Positions 52,156-62,683 of a stretch of DNA of 64,000 nucleotides are shown here, piece after piece (position 1 is the first letter of the stretch; each line of letters starts with the position of its first letter). Source of the DNA: Rebecca billardiae RCC1528 (lineage: Eukaryota > Protista > Haptophyta); contig OZ251236.1 of NCBI GenBank assembly GCA_965240325.2, positions 434,001-498,000 on the forward strand, given 5' to 3'. The position numbers and the translations under genes are program-made. Under the pieces are notes generated by a model, which saw only the letters and a list, made by a program, of their open reading frames with translations, was not told the origin of the DNA and did no database searches.

Positions 52156-53226
52156 ATGCCCCCTTACCAGCACGGCTTTTTCCGCGACCGTCTCAACAGC
52201 AGGAGCGCCTTGAGCTTCTTCCCCTCTTCCAACAACTTCGAGCGCGGGCTGCAGGTGGAACGGCCGAGCACCCCCACCGCCAGGCGGGATGCGGGCCAGC
52301 AGATGTGCACGACGATGATCAAGCTGAGCGCGCGCTGCCTGAGCGACGTGGCGCCCAACTCGCAAGGCGGGCGACTGCTCTCAGGACTCACCCAGGACCC
52401 CAAAGGCAATAAGCACGTTTTCTCCTTCACCGGCTCGGTGCTCGAGAACATGACCATCTGCCGCCGCCTGGCCACCAGCCTGTGCATGCCGAACATTCTC
52501 ACGGCGTGCACCACGGAGCTCACGCAGGAGATGCTCGCGCTGTCGGCGGCCGACCTCGCAACCCAGGCGAAGGACGTGTCCCTCACGCTCCCGGTTAGCC
52601 CCACGATGACGCTCGTGCAGTTTCACAGGGCCCTCTACGAGCAGATCGTGCCCGACATCAACAAGTACGTGACCAACGGTGAGCACGTCGAGACCAACAT
52701 CTACTCCGGCGGTGTGAACCTGATCTTCCTCCGCCTGCGTTTCATGCCCATCGACCCCGAGCACCCCATCTTCTTCGCGCCGCTCAAGCCGAGCCGCCGC
52801 ATCGCCGGCGCCGCCCGCGTCCCACACAACCTGTGGGGCGTGCCGCCCGCGCCGCCTGTGCCGCCCGCGCCGCCCGCCGCTGCGCGCCGCCCTGCTCCTC
52901 AGCCGGCCGACCAACAGGCGGCGGACCCCGCCGGCCCGGAGGCGGAGGAGCCCGAGGGGGAGGGTTCGGACGATGCCATCCCGCCACCCCAGCCACCAAC
53001 CGCGGCCGCGCCGTCGGACGGGCCCGAGGTGCAACAGGCCAGGCCGGCGCTCGGGGAGTCCAACTACCGCCTGGTCCTGCCCCCCGGCGCCGCGGCAGCC
53101 GGCAAGCGCGCGGCGACCGAGCCGTCCACGCCGGCGGAGGAGGATGGGCCCTCCTCCGCTGGCGGGAGCGACGCCAAGCCGGCCAAGCAGGCTCGCACCG
53201 CGTCCCTCGGCGACCCCCCCCCGTGA
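52156..53226 (+). CDS. Uncharacterised 356-aa ORF, possibly ORF1 of a decayed non-LTR retrotransposon
   Basis: Globular N-terminal half (VSLTLPVSPTMTLVQFHRAL..TNIYSGGVNLIFLRLRFMP) then a Pro/Ala-rich tail; poly-C tracts upstream; broken coding-like sequence downstream. Confidence 0.5.
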   Translation: MPPYQHGFFRDRLNSRSALSFFPSSNNFERGLQVERPSTPTARRDAGQQMCTTMIKLSARCLSDVAPNSQGGRLLSGLTQDPKGNKHVFSFTGSVLENMTICRRLATSLCMPNILTACTTELTQEMLALSAADLATQAKDVSLTLPVSPTMTLVQFHRALYEQIVPDINKYVTNGEHVETNIYSGGVNLIFLRLRFMPIDPEHPIFFAPLKPSRRIAGAARVPHNLWGVPPAPPVPPAPPAAARRPAPQPADQQAADPAGPEAEEPEGEGSDDAIPPPQPPTAAAPSDGPEVQQARPALGESNYRLVLPPGAAAAGKRAATEPSTPAEEDGPSSAGGSDAKPAKQARTASLGDPPP

Positions 53227-53320
53227 CCTGGCTGCCGCCGCGCCGCAGTCGCTGGCGTAGAGCCGCGCGCGGCGCTGGCGCGCCAGACGCGCCCGGTTGG
53301 GCAGCGCAGGCACCCTCAGC

Positions 53321-53440
53321 GGCCAGGACGACGACTTCCTCAACGGCAAGGGCGACGACTTCCTCTGCGGCCAGGGCGACGACTTCCTCAACGGCAAGGA
53401 CGACGACTTCCTCAACGGCAAGGGCGACTACTCCCTCAAC
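53321..53440 (+). repeat. Five copies of a 24-bp tandem repeat
   Basis: Unit ggc(c/a)agg(a/g)cgacgacttcctcaac; reads GQDDDFLN-GKGDDFLC-GQGDDFLN-GKDDDFLN-GKGDYSLN in one frame. Confidence 0.92.
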
Positions 53441-53812
53441 TCGGCAAGGCCACCAGGCCGCGCACACCGGCCCGGGCGACCACATCCACTACCTGCACTA
53501 CGGCATCAACTTGAACAGCCTCGGACGACGACGACACGGGCAACTACATGATGACCAAGGCCGACGACGACTGCAAAACAGCGGCATCCCCGGGCGCCTA
53601 CTACCTCAGTGACCGTGTGATCAGCATCGGTTACGACGACTCCCTCACCCGCGGCCAACGCGCTCCGACATCCTCCATTAACTCCATTCAGTACTTCGAC
53701 AGACGAATCAGGAGAGCTGCGCCCTCGTGCCTGTGTCTTTAAATCATAGAATTGGTCTATCTCACGGAACGGCCCGACATTGGTCGCCGCGTCAAGTGGC
53801 AAGGCCAAGGGC

Positions 53813-56800
53813 TTAGGGCGCGCCGCCCGCCCGCGGCCGCTCTGGGTCTGGCGCCACCGTCGCGCCGCGCTCGCACACATACGCGAAGGCGTAGGCAAAG
53901 TCGAAGTCGCAGCGCTCGTCAAACCAGCCGCCGACGCCGATGCGCGCGCAGTTCTCGCCGTGGTCGCGCGCGCCCAGCGCCCCGAGCGGCGTTGTCGCCC
54001 CGTGGTCGGGCATGCCCGCCGCCCAGTTCACGTGCGACGCGCCGCCCTCGCCGAGCGCGCGCCCGTCCTCCCACCGCCAGCCCGCGCTCGGCTGGGCGCT
54101 GCCGCTGGGCTGGCTGAGGCCGATCCACACGCCGAGCGCGTAGTCGCCGATCAGGCAGCGCACCGTCGCCTCCTCGCGCGCCGAGCCGAGCGAGACCAGG
54201 CGCGCGCCCTCCGCGGCGCACGCCTGGCGCGCGCCCGCGAACGACGTCGGCTCCTCGCCGAGCCGCCGACCTCGCCGCCCGCTGAACCGGTACTGCCGGC
54301 CGTCGCGCGTCGTCCAGCCGCGCGCGTCCGTGGGCAGCCCGCCCAGCAGCTGCGCGCACGCCGCGCAGTCGGCGTCGGCGGGCACGGCGATGATCCAGCC
54401 GGCGGCGAAGAGGATGAGCACGCCGGCCACGATCGCACCCGCGGCGCGGCGCGCACGGCGGGTCCGGTGCAGGAGGGCGCCGCGGGCGGCCGCGCCGCCG
54501 TCGGCCGCCGGCGCGCGCGCCGAGGGGCTGCTCGGACTCAGCGCGTGCGCGGCGCCGTCGGGCGCGGCGGCGCCTCTCGCCGCCGGCGGCGTGGCCGCGC
54601 CGTGGCCTGCGCCCCACTCCACGTCGACGCCTGCGCGCCCGGCCGCGGCGTCGTCGCCGCCGCGCGCCGGGCTGGGCGTCACCGCCGCGTAGCCCATGCC
54701 CCGCACGCCGCCGCCGCCGGGCGGCTTGAGCCCGGCGCCCTCCGCCGACGGCCGCCACGCGCGCTTGGGCAGCTTGGCCCTGAGCGGCGAGGGCGAGGCC
54801 ACGACGCCCGCGCTGCCCGTGCTCTCGCACGCGCGGAGGCTCGGCGGCGCGGCAGCGCCCGACTCGCGCCTCGACACGCTCTGCATGTGCGCGCGCACGA
54901 GCAGCTGGCGTGCGCTCTCGTTGAAGCTCTCGAGCGAGCCGCACGCCGCCTCAATACACGCGAGCAGCCGGTCCTCGTCCTCCCGCTTCGCGCAGCGCGA
55001 CGCCTGCACCGCAAACGCCGAGAAGGCGGCGGCGTCCCCGCCCGGCAGCATGATCATCTCCACGCTCCCCTCGCGCGTCGAGCCGACCGAGGGCGCGCGG
55101 GCCGAGCCGACCGAGCGCTCCAGCTCGGGCTGGCGGGCGGCGCCGGCGGCGGCGGCGCTGGCATGCGAGCCGCTGGACGAGCGCGAGCCGAGGGTCCGCG
55201 CGCTCCAGCCGCGCTTCGCCGCGCACGCCGCCGCCGCGCCCGCACCCGGCGGCGGCGGCGGCCAGCCCGCCGCGCCGCGCCGGCGCGTGTGCGCGCGGTG
55301 CATCTGCTCGAACACGAAGAGCTCCGTCACGCACCAGAGCCTCTCGAGGTACGTGGGGCCTGCGAGGATGAGCAGCTTCTTGCACCCCGCGAGGTACACG
55401 GGCAGGAAGGGCAGGTCGGCGGACACGTCCTGCTGGTCGATGCACGCGCGGTCAAACCACAGCCGCGGCTCGCGCCCGCTGTGCTCGCGCCGGAACTGCG
55501 CGCACCACGCGAGCAGCGCGGAGTACTTCGGGCCGGCCGGGTCGTGCCACTGCGGGCGCGCGGCGCGCGGCGCGAGCGGGCGGCGCGCGCGCGCGCGGGC
55601 GGGCGGGCGGCTCAGCGCGCGGCGCCCCGCGCCCCGCCAGCCCCCAGCCCCACCTGCCCCCGCGCCCGCACCCGACCTCGACCTCGACCTCGCGCGGCCG
55701 CGCGGCCGCGCGGCCGCACCGAGTGGCTGACAAACGCGTCGACGCTGTCGAGGTCGGCCGAGAGCGAGCGGCGGTACCAGTCGTTGTTGCCGGGCTGGTT
55801 CTGGGCGAAGAGGCTCGCGTCGAGCCGGTCGGCCGGGATCGCGCGCATGCGCGAGCGCCCGCGCGCGATGGCCTCCTCCGCGCTGATGCCGCCGATCAGC
55901 GACGCGACGCCCGCCGCGGCCGACACGCCCTCGCCCCTCGCCGCCAGGATGGCGTGCACGCGCGAGCGCACGGCCGGCGTGAGCGCGAGCGCCGTGCACA
56001 GCGCGAAGTTGGCGCAGATGGAGAGCTCGGCCCAGAAGTTGCTGCTCCGGTGGTACGGCGGGAACGCCACGCCCAGGTACACGAACCAGTACGCCATCAG
56101 CAGCCCGAAGATGGCGTTCACGCGCCCGATGGCGAGCCACAGACTCTCGAGCAGCGAGCGCGTCGTGAGCCGGCGCGCGCGCAGGCCGAGGCAGCGCTGC
56201 GCGAGCCGCGTGGAGCTCGAGAGCACGGCGTGCCAGACGAACGCCACCGTGCCGAGCGCCGTGCCCGCCAGCGCGAGCAGCACGAGCACGAGCGTGCGCG
56301 CCTGCACGCGCGAGATGCACTCCGCCGCCCACACGCTCGACGCGGCGATCGGCACGGCGACGTAGCTCGCGGCGCCCGCGAAGAGGGAGAGGCCGCCGGT
56401 CCAGAAGATGCCGAACGCACGCACGAGGAACGCGTCGGTCGGGCGCAGCGCCATCAGGAGGAAGGGCACGGCGATGACGCCCATGTGGAAGCCGAGCCAG
56501 AAGAGCGGCGTGCCCCACGTGTTCGACACAAACAGCGCGAGGCCGACGGAGCAGAAGGCGCAGCCGAGCATGAAGGGCGGGCCGGACACGCGCATGCGGT
56601 AGCCCTTGCCCGCGGCCTGCGCCTCGAGCAGCGCGCTGCGCAGCTCGGCGGCCTGCGCGCCGCTGTGCGCGAGCGTCGGCGTCGAATGGGAGCAAGCGCG
56701 GATCTGCGGCTCGGTGCTGTCAGGTGCCACCCGCTCGAGCGCCAGCGGCCTCGGCGACGAGGCTACCGCCTGTGATGATGGGCCATGCGCCGCGCAGGCC

Positions 56801-56814
56801 GACGCAGAGGGCAT
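53813..56814 (-). CDS. 6-TM + TIR-like domain + TM + C-type lectin domain protein (~943 aa; intron 55550-55719)
   Basis: Six TM segments; DAFVSHS|WHDPAGPKY..LWFDRACIDQ..LPVYLAGCKKLLILAGPTYLERLWCVTELF; TM AAGAIVAGVLILFAAGWIIAV; CTLD SFAGARQACAAEGARLVSL..VWIGL..WRWEDG..NWAAGMPD..ENC..WFDERC..YVCE. Confidence 0.87.
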
Positions 56815-57700
56815 GCTCGTGGGCCCGACCTTCTTTACTTTGCGTCGTCGTGAGTCGCAGAGTCCCCTTTGATCGAAAACGCGCGTACAGATTGTCGTCG
56901 TGGGTGAGTCTCCTCGTAATCTTGATACCGCCACCAAAGGAATCATCCAAGAGAAGCCGTTCGTAACGACGTTATTGTCGAAGATGTTGGACGAGATTTT
57001 TACTACAGGCTGAGATACGGTACCGGCACCATCAATAAAAGATGAGCGATACTCAATCAAGGGCCCTTGACTCTCAATGAACAGGGGCCGGCGTTGCGCC
57101 AAGCTGGACAACGCCTTCCGGTGTTTTCAGATCATTCTATACATACGCTTTTAAAAAAAAGAAATGTTCCGCGCTCTGTCCGACTGTCCCGCGGCAAAGC
57201 GCGGCGGATGGCGGCTTGGCCGCGGCATGGGCAGGCGAGTCGCCGCTGCCCGCAGAAAACGTGCGTCAGAGGCAAGGAAGCGGGCAGATGGCGCGTCGCA
57301 CGCGTCGTGGAATTCGGTCGCGACGCTCGCCAGCCTCAGCGCGCGCGGCAAAGCCACGTCCATGGGCGCCCAGCGTGCAGGCGGCATGGCCACGCCGCTC
57401 GGCCGCGGCGACCGCTCTCGCACGCGTCCTTGCGGCGCGAAAGGGCATCCCAGCTGCGGTCATTCGCCTTGTGCGTCGGGAGACGTGTGCCAGCTAGCCA
57501 ATGCACACCGCGCGGCCGGGCGTGCGCCGAAAGCGGCACAGCGAGAGAGGGCCCCGATCCGAGTGCAGGTCTCGCCGGGGCCCTCCACAAGTCCAAGGAT
57601 CCTGGGTCTCGGGTCCTTCGCGTTTGTCCAGCTGGCGCAACGCTCCGAATACCCTCATCACCTGCTTCTCACCAGGCGACGGGAGGCACCGCGTCTGGCG

Positions 57701-57783
57701 AGCCATCTTTGGGCGCGGTGCCTCCTCGCCGTCGCGAGCACGGCGCGGTGCCTGGCGAGGAGGCACCGCGCCCAAAGATGGCT
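57701..57783. repeat. Perfect 30-bp inverted repeat with 23-nt loop
   Basis: agccatctttgggcgcggtgcctcctcgcc (57701-57730) versus its reverse complement (57754-57783). Confidence 0.9.
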
Positions 57784-58102
57784 GGACTGTCACCGCTGAT
57801 GATTGAGTGTATACGGTCAATAAAGGTACGGTTCCGAGTCCGATTACGAGCGTGCTGACGGTCCCGGGCCCCGGGCACTGGCGGGCCACGGCGACCGGCG
57901 TCGGGCGACGCGTTTCAAAGTTGAGCACGGACTGTTGACGAGACTGTAACTAACGGTTATTCGTTATACCGTACTCCGTAGCATTCATTACGGCATGGCG
58001 CCCCGGGCTCATCAGGATCGGAGGGCCATTCCGCATCGGCCGCCATGATGCCGCGTATACTGTCATCACGCCTTAATCAAGTGTGCACGTTGAAGCATAT
58101 AT

Positions 58103-58126
58103 AGAGAGAGAGAGAGAGAGAGAGAG
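58103..58126. repeat. (AG)12 microsatellite
   Basis: Read directly. Confidence 0.9.
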
Positions 58127-58459
58127 TGGCAGCTAATGACGAATAACTGTAAACACTCAAGCTGTTTTAAATTCCCCTTTATTATATATATATATAATAA
58201 TAACGGGCGCTCCGGGTCGGATCAGGCTGGCGGCCGAAGCCTCCAGCCCTACCCTGGCCAGCCCCCAACCAACCACCGCCCTCACCCAACCTCAAACCAC
58301 GACTGACCATTAACGGGCACTCGCTACCAGGCTCATGGCTCATGACGGGCCGCATGCACGTGCGGACTTAGTCTTACTCCCGGAGCGCGGTGCCGGCGGG
58401 CCGCGTCGTCGCACCCAGTCGAGACCCGGCGGGACGAACGACACGCGAGCTGCGCACAC

Positions 58460-59116
58460 CTACTGCGGCGCGGACGAGGCCGCGCCGAACTCGTCGCGGT
58501 ACGCGCGCACCGCAGCGAGATGCGCGGCGCTGTCCGGCCGCGACTCGAGCAGCTCGACGAGCGCAGAGAGCGTCGCGAGCGAGACGACGCGTACGCCGTA
58601 CTCGCGCTCGACCTCCTGGATAGCGGAGGTGCCGCCCGCCTGGCCACGTTCTTGTCGGTCGAGCGAGACGACCACGGACGTGAACGTCGCTCCGGCTGCC
58701 TTGATGATGCCGACGGCCTCGCGAATCGCCGTGCCGGCGGTGATGACGTCGTCGATCACGAGCACGCGGCCGGCGAGGGGCGCACCGACGACGACGCCGC
58801 CCTCGCCGTGGTCCTTGGCCTCCTTGCGATTGTAGCACCACGCCACGTCGCGCCCGTGGTGCGTCGCCAACGCCGCCGCCGTCGCTGTCACGAGCGGGAT
58901 CCCCTTGTACGCCGGGCCGAAGAGCACGTCAAACTCGATGCCCGAGGCGACGATGGCGGCGGCGTAATGGCGGCCGAGCTCGGCGATGGCGGAGCCGGTG
59001 TTGAAGAGGCCGGCGTTGAAGAAGTACGGGGACGAACGCCCGCTCTTCAGCGTGAACTGCCCGAACTTCAGCACGTCGCGCGCGATGCAGAACTCGAGGA
59101 AGTCCTTCGACGCCAT
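58460..59116 (-). CDS. pyrE: Orotate phosphoribosyltransferase (monofunctional)
   Basis: [68 protein letters not shown]. Confidence 0.97.
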   Translation of the reverse strand: MASKDFLEFCIARDVLKFGQFTLKSGRSSPYFFNAGLFNTGSAIAELGRHYAAAIVASGIEFDVLFGPAYKGIPLVTATAAALATHHGRDVAWCYNRKEAKDHGEGGVVVGAPLAGRVLVIDDVITAGTAIREAVGIIKAAGATFTSVVVSLDRQERGQAGGTSAIQEVEREYGVRVVSLATLSALVELLESRPDSAAHLAAVRAYRDEFGAASSAPQ

Positions 59117-59253
59117 CGTGCGCTTTCGGGCGACGCGCCAGCGGTGGCGAGTACTGGCGACTGCTGACTGGACGACCGACCGCTCGCTGAAGCGCGCCGG
59201 AACCGCTCGCGCAGCGGCCGTTGGGGCAAGGCCGCGGCGCCAGCGGGCGGCCG

Positions 59254-61638
59254 ATGAGGCTCACGCAGGTCATCCAGGTCGTGCTCGTGGTCCTTGGCGG
59301 CATCTCCTTCGCCTTCAACCTGTGGCAGGTCTACGAGCTCTCGGGCCCGTACGCGGGCGCGCGGCGCGCCGCGCGCCGCCGCGCGACTGGGGCCGACGGC
59401 AGCGGCGCCGCTGGCCGTGGCCGGGCGCGGCGCGGCGGCCTCGACCCGGGCGTGCTGGCCGCGCTGGCGCCGATCGACGCCACCCGCCGGCGCGTCGCGC
59501 GTGTGTCCTCCGCCCGCCGCCGCGACCTCAAGCTCTTCCAGTACCTCGGGCTCGCGGTGCAGTCGCTGCTCGACGACGCGGCGCTCACCGCGACGGCCGG
59601 CGGCGCGAGGGGCAAGTTCCTCGACCCGACGGACCTGCTGCGCGCGCAGTGGGTCGTGCACGGCGAGTCGTCCACGACGCCCGGCGAGATCGCCGACGTC
59701 GACGTGCTCTGGGGCATGTGGGTCACCAACGCCGAGTTCTTTGACGCGCGGCTGCACGACGGCGTGCTCGTCAACTCGCTGCTCGGCCTCGAGCACGACG
59801 CGCTCGGCACGCCGGCGACGTTCGCGAGCGCGCACCGGCGGTGCGTGCTCGCGCACGGGTACCGCCGGTGCGACCACGCCTCGCCCTCGCTCTTCATCCA
59901 CGCGCACACCGACCCGTCGCGCTTCGAGTCCGTGTTTGGCGAGGACACGCTCGCCGACCTCGCGACGTGGCGCGACCTCGCGCGCAACGACGTGCGCGCG
60001 ATCTGGGTGGCGAAGCCGGCGAGCTACGCGCGCTCGCAGGTGCACCGCGCGGCCGAGCTGTTCGGCGCGACGCAGCTGCTCGCCTCGAACGACAAGCTGC
60101 CCACGGGCATCTGGGCGCTCTCGCCGTACGTCACCTCGCCGCTCATGTGGAAGGCGTTCCGGTTCGTCGCGCGCGCGTGGGTGGCGGTCACGTCGGTCGT
60201 GCCGCTGCGCGTGTACGTGCTGCAGGACGCGTGGGCGCACCTCGCGGCGGAGCCGTACAAGGAGGAGCAGCTCTCGACAAACTACAAGACGCGGTGCATG
60301 CACTTCCACTCGCCCGACAACTGCCGCTACTTCGTCGACAAGCCCACGCTGCGCGCGAACACGCAGGAGTTCCAGGGCGACCTGAGCGTGCGGCGCGGCG
60401 ACCTGCACCCGTACAGCTTCTGGGCGGAGAGCGTCTGGCCGTCGATCGAGAGCGCGGCGACGCGCACGGTGCTGATGGCGTGGCCGCAGCTCGCGGCGTA
60501 CGAGCTGATCCTCCGCCGCGAGGGCTTCAACTACAAGCGCGTCGCGCTGCTCGACGTGCTGCTGCTCGTCGACGAGAAGGCGACCGCCACCGTGCACGAC
60601 GTCGACGTGGCGGGCGGCGCAGCGGACGAGTCGCTCGAGTGCTCGCTCACGTACGAGCTGGACGCGCTGATGCTCACCGGCGTGAACGGCTTCCCGTCGC
60701 GGCCGTACTACCGCGACGAGCTCGCGCGGCAGCTCAGCGGCTTCTGCGCCTCGCGCGCCGCCGGCGGCGTAGGCGGCGGCGCGGCGGGCGGCGCGGGCGG
60801 CGCGGGCGGCGGCGGAAGCGGCGGCTGCACGCAGGAGGAGGCCGCGCCGCTCGTCGCGCTGTACGACGAGCTGCAGCACGCGGGGAATTTCAAGCTCACC
60901 TTCCCCGTGGTCGAGCACAGCCAGCCCGCCGCCGCGGCGGGCGCGGACGCGGGCAGCGCGGCGGAAGGCGCCGCAGGGGAGAGCGAGGGCGCCGCGGCCG
61001 AGGGCGCGGCAGGCGGGGAGGGCCCCGCGGAGGGCGGCGGCGCGCGCCCACGGCCGCTGAGCGCGAAGGCGGGGTGCGCGCCCTACTGCCACTTCTTCAG
61101 GGGCGGCCCGACGCTCGCGTCGGCGGAGAGCAGCCGACCGGCGGAGGGCTCGGAGGCGGCCGAGACGGCAGCTGCGGACGCGATGCTCGCGAGAAGGTGC
61201 GCGCATGCGCGCCGAGCAGCGCGCTCGCGGTGCCCGCTCGGCCGCCGCGCGCGACGCGCGATGGCCAAACAGGCCGGCGCTGACGCCCCCGCCATGTGTG
61301 CGCGCGCGCGCCGACTTCCGATCCGCGCGCACAGGGCCAACGAGCTCACGTGGGCCTACCTGCGCGCCTTCCCGCCGAGGCCGCACCGCGGCCCCCAGTT
61401 CTCGCGCGACGGCTCGTGCAAGAGCACGACGTCCGAGGACGCCTCCTTCCTGCGAGACACCGAGGCGGCGAGGGCACGCGGCGGGGAGGCGGACGCGGGG
61501 CCGCAGGCGGAGGCGGCGGGCGCGGATCTCGTCGCCCAGGCGCGCGCGCAGAACCGCACGGCGTCAACGTACGCTGGGCAACGCTTCACCATCGACCGGC
61601 CCGTTGAGCCAGAGCACGTGCACGCTGGCGGGCTGTGA
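59254..61638 (+). CDS. Type II membrane-anchored tubulin-tyrosine-ligase-like (ATP-grasp) protein; putative in-frame intron 61197-61334
   Basis: Anchor [22 protein letters not shown]; [72 protein letters not shown]. Intron GTGCGC...ACAG. Confidence 0.72.
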   Translation: MRLTQVIQVVLVVLGGISFAFNLWQVYELSGPYAGARRAARRRATGADGSGAAGRGRARRGGLDPGVLAALAPIDATRRRVARVSSARRRDLKLFQYLGLAVQSLLDDAALTATAGGARGKFLDPTDLLRAQWVVHGESSTTPGEIADVDVLWGMWVTNAEFFDARLHDGVLVNSLLGLEHDALGTPATFASAHRRCVLAHGYRRCDHASPSLFIHAHTDPSRFESVFGEDTLADLATWRDLARNDVRAIWVAKPASYARSQVHRAAELFGATQLLASNDKLPTGIWALSPYVTSPLMWKAFRFVARAWVAVTSVVPLRVYVLQDAWAHLAAEPYKEEQLSTNYKTRCMHFHSPDNCRYFVDKPTLRANTQEFQGDLSVRRGDLHPYSFWAESVWPSIESAATRTVLMAWPQLAAYELILRREGFNYKRVALLDVLLLVDEKATATVHDVDVAGGAADESLECSLTYELDALMLTGVNGFPSRPYYRDELARQLSGFCASRAAGGVGGGAAGGAGGAGGGGSGGCTQEEAAPLVALYDELQHAGNFKLTFPVVEHSQPAAAAGADAGSAAEGAAGESEGAAAEGAAGGEGPAEGGGARPRPLSAKAGCAPYCHFFRGGPTLASAESSRPAEGSEAAETAAADAMLARRCAHARRAARSRCPLGRRARRAMAKQAGADAPAMCARARRLPIRAHRANELTWAYLRAFPPRPHRGPQFSRDGSCKSTTSEDASFLRDTEAARARGGEADAGPQAEAAGADLVAQARAQNRTASTYAGQRFTIDRPVEPEHVHAGGL

Positions 61639-62606
61639 AGACTGAAGTGTCGTGAGTGTGATAATATATGTGGCGTTATAGGGAACCTATAACTGAGTGT
61701 CTATGAGCGACGCCAAGAATCCGGCTCGCACGGCATTCCTGCGTTCTATCCCGCGCGCACCGCCGCGCGCAGGAGCGTCCTGGTGCGCTGCCAATCTGGC
61801 CCACAGCGGCGCACCTGCAGGACTCGGTAGTTGGTTACCGCTCACATCGGATCGATCAGGCTTCGCTCTCGGGGGCGCCATGGGGCTGCTCGCGACGAAG
61901 GCGCCGAGCTGGGCAAGGGAATCGCCTGCATCGAGCACTGCCGGGTGCACTCTCCGCTGCAGGAGGTGCACCGCAGTCGCCGCAGCCCCTCTGCTCGGTA
62001 AGGTCGCTGGCTGTCTGTGTGGCCCGGCTCCCCGCCTGATCGTTCGGCGGCGCGACGACATCATCTACTGTCTTCGCCGCGTCGCCCCTCATGCAATATG
62101 GTCTCTTGCTCTCGCCGCTGTCGCGTCAACCCGCACGCTTCATCGTTCTGCTCGCCGCGCGTCGCGATCGATCGTATATATATAGTGTTAGCATCAGTGA
62201 CGATCGACGAATCATCGTCATATACGTACATCGACATCGTCGCTGCTGATGACATCGCGCGTCGCCAATATAAATATATGTGTAAACTTTTCTGAGGATA
62301 GCGCACCAGCAAAATCCCTTGACCGCCATCCGGATTTTACGGAGGCCGCGTTTGGACGCAGAAACGCGCGATGGCGAGGCCCGCCCTCGCACCACCGCTC
62401 TCGCGAGATCGCGACCGTGCGACCTGCGGCGTTGCGCTCGAGACGCTCTTTCTGCTCGGAGGCCGCGAGGTCTCCCAGGTGCGCCAGCTCGCGAGCGCGC
62501 ACCTTCCTCCTCGCCGCGCTCGCCGAGCACGAGCCGATCTGCAGCAGATGTGCAAGGAGCCGCATGTGGCCTTCCTCGCGCGCGCGGCACGGCTGCACAC
62601 GAAAAT

Positions 62607-62683
62607 CGTTAGAGGGCACTTCTCCGCGCATTCTACATTTTGGGGAAAGAACGCCTGAACTGCACAAAAAGTGCCCTCTAACG
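62607..62683. repeat. 15-bp perfect inverted repeat with 47-nt AT-richer spacer
   Basis: cgttagagggcactt / aagtgccctctaacg. Confidence 0.75.

Noticed and set aside
53813-56695. 960-aa ORF taken as the unspliced protein
   Set aside because: Its N-terminal ~380 aa are out-of-frame or intronic; the real N-terminus is in the 55612..57111 frame, joined by intron 55550-55719.
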